A DNA stretch of 64,000 nucleotides from Macrostomum lignano (lineage: Eukaryota). The notes beneath the pieces were generated by a model. That model had not been told where the DNA came from, made no database searches, and saw only the letters and a program-made list of their open reading frames with translations. Location: the NCBI GenBank assembly GCA_002269645.1, contig NIVC01001396.1, positions 62,001 through 126,000 on the forward strand, written 5' to 3'. Below, piece after piece: positions 63,276 to 64,000 of the stretch. How positions within the stretch are numbered: the first letter of the stretch is position 1; each line of letters starts with the position of its first letter. A program made the position numbers and the translations under genes.

Positions 63276-63824
63276 GATTTATTGATTGTTTGATTGCTTG
63301 ATTGGTTTATTGATTGATTGATTAAGTAATTGATTGATTGACTGATGAGTTGGTTGATTGAAATGTTGATTGATTGATTGGTTCATTGATTGATAGAGTG
63401 ATTAAGTTCATTTGTTGCTGATCGATTGATTGATTGATTGGTTCATCGATTGATTGATTGGTTTTTTGATTGATTGATTGATTAGTTGATTACTTAAATC
63501 ATTGCTTTGTTGATTGATTGGTGAAATTATCTGGTTCAATAATTTTACTTTTTGATACTACGTCCATGACTGAAAATTGGATACAATAAACTATCAAGAT
63601 TTATCAATAAACAAAAACTATATAATTGAGACTCTCTAAAAGCATTCCCATATCTTATAATTTTTTCCAGGCTCAACTGGTCCCGTGTTGGTATTCGAAA
63701 CCATCGTGTTCAAGATGTGCAAGGAGTGGCACTGGGACTACCTGAGCTTGAGAATGTGGATCGGCCTGTGGATATTCGTCATCCTAATGCTTATAGTCGC
63801 TTTCGATTTAAGCGCGTTGGTTAA
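57194..63824 (+). CDS. SLC4 Na+-coupled bicarbonate transporter (SLC4A7/8/10, NDAE1-like), 5' part; continues beyond the window
   Basis: Exons 57194-57470, 58956-59009, 59100-59162, 59251-59394, 60021-60164, 60739-60981, 61345-61727, 62288-62447, 62638-63090, 63671-63824; phases compatible. Motifs [83 protein letters not shown]. Confidence 0.92.
57510..58840 (+). repeat. ~20-nt minisatellite TGTCTGTCACTCTCGATCG (SLC4 intron)
   Basis: Tandem copies. Confidence 0.95.
59470..59970 (+). repeat. 24-nt minisatellite CAGGTAG(C/G)TAGTCGGGTAGATAAT (SLC4 intron)
   Basis: Tandem copies decaying toward the 3' end. Confidence 0.92.
60195..60655 (+). repeat. 16-nt minisatellite TGACTGTCAGGGAGGG (SLC4 intron)
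   Basis: Tandem copies. Confidence 0.93.
61030..61320 (+). repeat. 20-nt minisatellite GACACTCACCGACACTTATG (SLC4 intron)
   Basis: Tandem copies. Confidence 0.93.
63140..63500 (+). repeat. (GATT)n microsatellite (SLC4 intron)
   Basis: Tetranucleotide run. Confidence 0.96.
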
Positions 63825-63902
63825 GTAAGTTCTTGTTTAACTTTTTGAGTGTACATTGCAACAGAGGGTTAACATAAGTGTACTTTACCATAGCGTTCGG
63901 TA

Positions 63903-63970
63903 GGATCGTAGCCTAGTGGTGAGAGCGTCAGACTCATGACTGAAAGGTTGGGGGTTCGATTCTCGACCCA
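63903..63970 (+). tRNA. tRNA-Met(CAT)-like sequence, probably a pseudogene or SINE head
   Basis: A box TAGCCTAGTGG, anticodon arm TCAGA-CTCATGA-CTGA, B box GGTTCGATTC. The acceptor and T stems pair imperfectly. Confidence 0.55.
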
Positions 63971-64000
63971 AATCGGAAAAATTTGTGTTTGTCTTAAGTT

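Overview
Eukaryotic (animal) genomic DNA with spliceosomal GT-AG introns. Most introns of the multi-exon genes are filled with 16-36-nt-unit minisatellites, a pattern that suggests the flatworm Macrostomum (inference, not proven). From left to right: a degraded LINE RT fragment; a pseudogene for a secreted ALK/LTK-type glycine-rich-domain protein (-); two tandem DEG/ENaC channel genes with intronless coding regions and an eroded Cys-rich thumb, the second frameshifted (-); a KDM7/PHF8-family JmjC demethylase with no detectable PHD finger (+, 8 exons); a divergent Sox HMG-box gene (-); a G-alpha-i gene ending in CGLA (+, 5 exons) whose first intron holds two TIR/TSD-defined non-autonomous DNA transposons; DNAJC11 (+); a CYP2-clan P450 with an atypical I-helix (-); and the 5' part of an SLC4A7/8/10-like bicarbonate transporter (+, runs off the window), with a tRNA-Met-like element in an intron. 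Exon chains were assembled by hand and the complete ones give in-frame lengths. No CRISPR array or prokaryote-type system is present. The most unusual signals are the minisatellites (cores shared locally and between genes, splice-site-like and E2F-like units) and the non-canonical residues in several otherwise conserved proteins.
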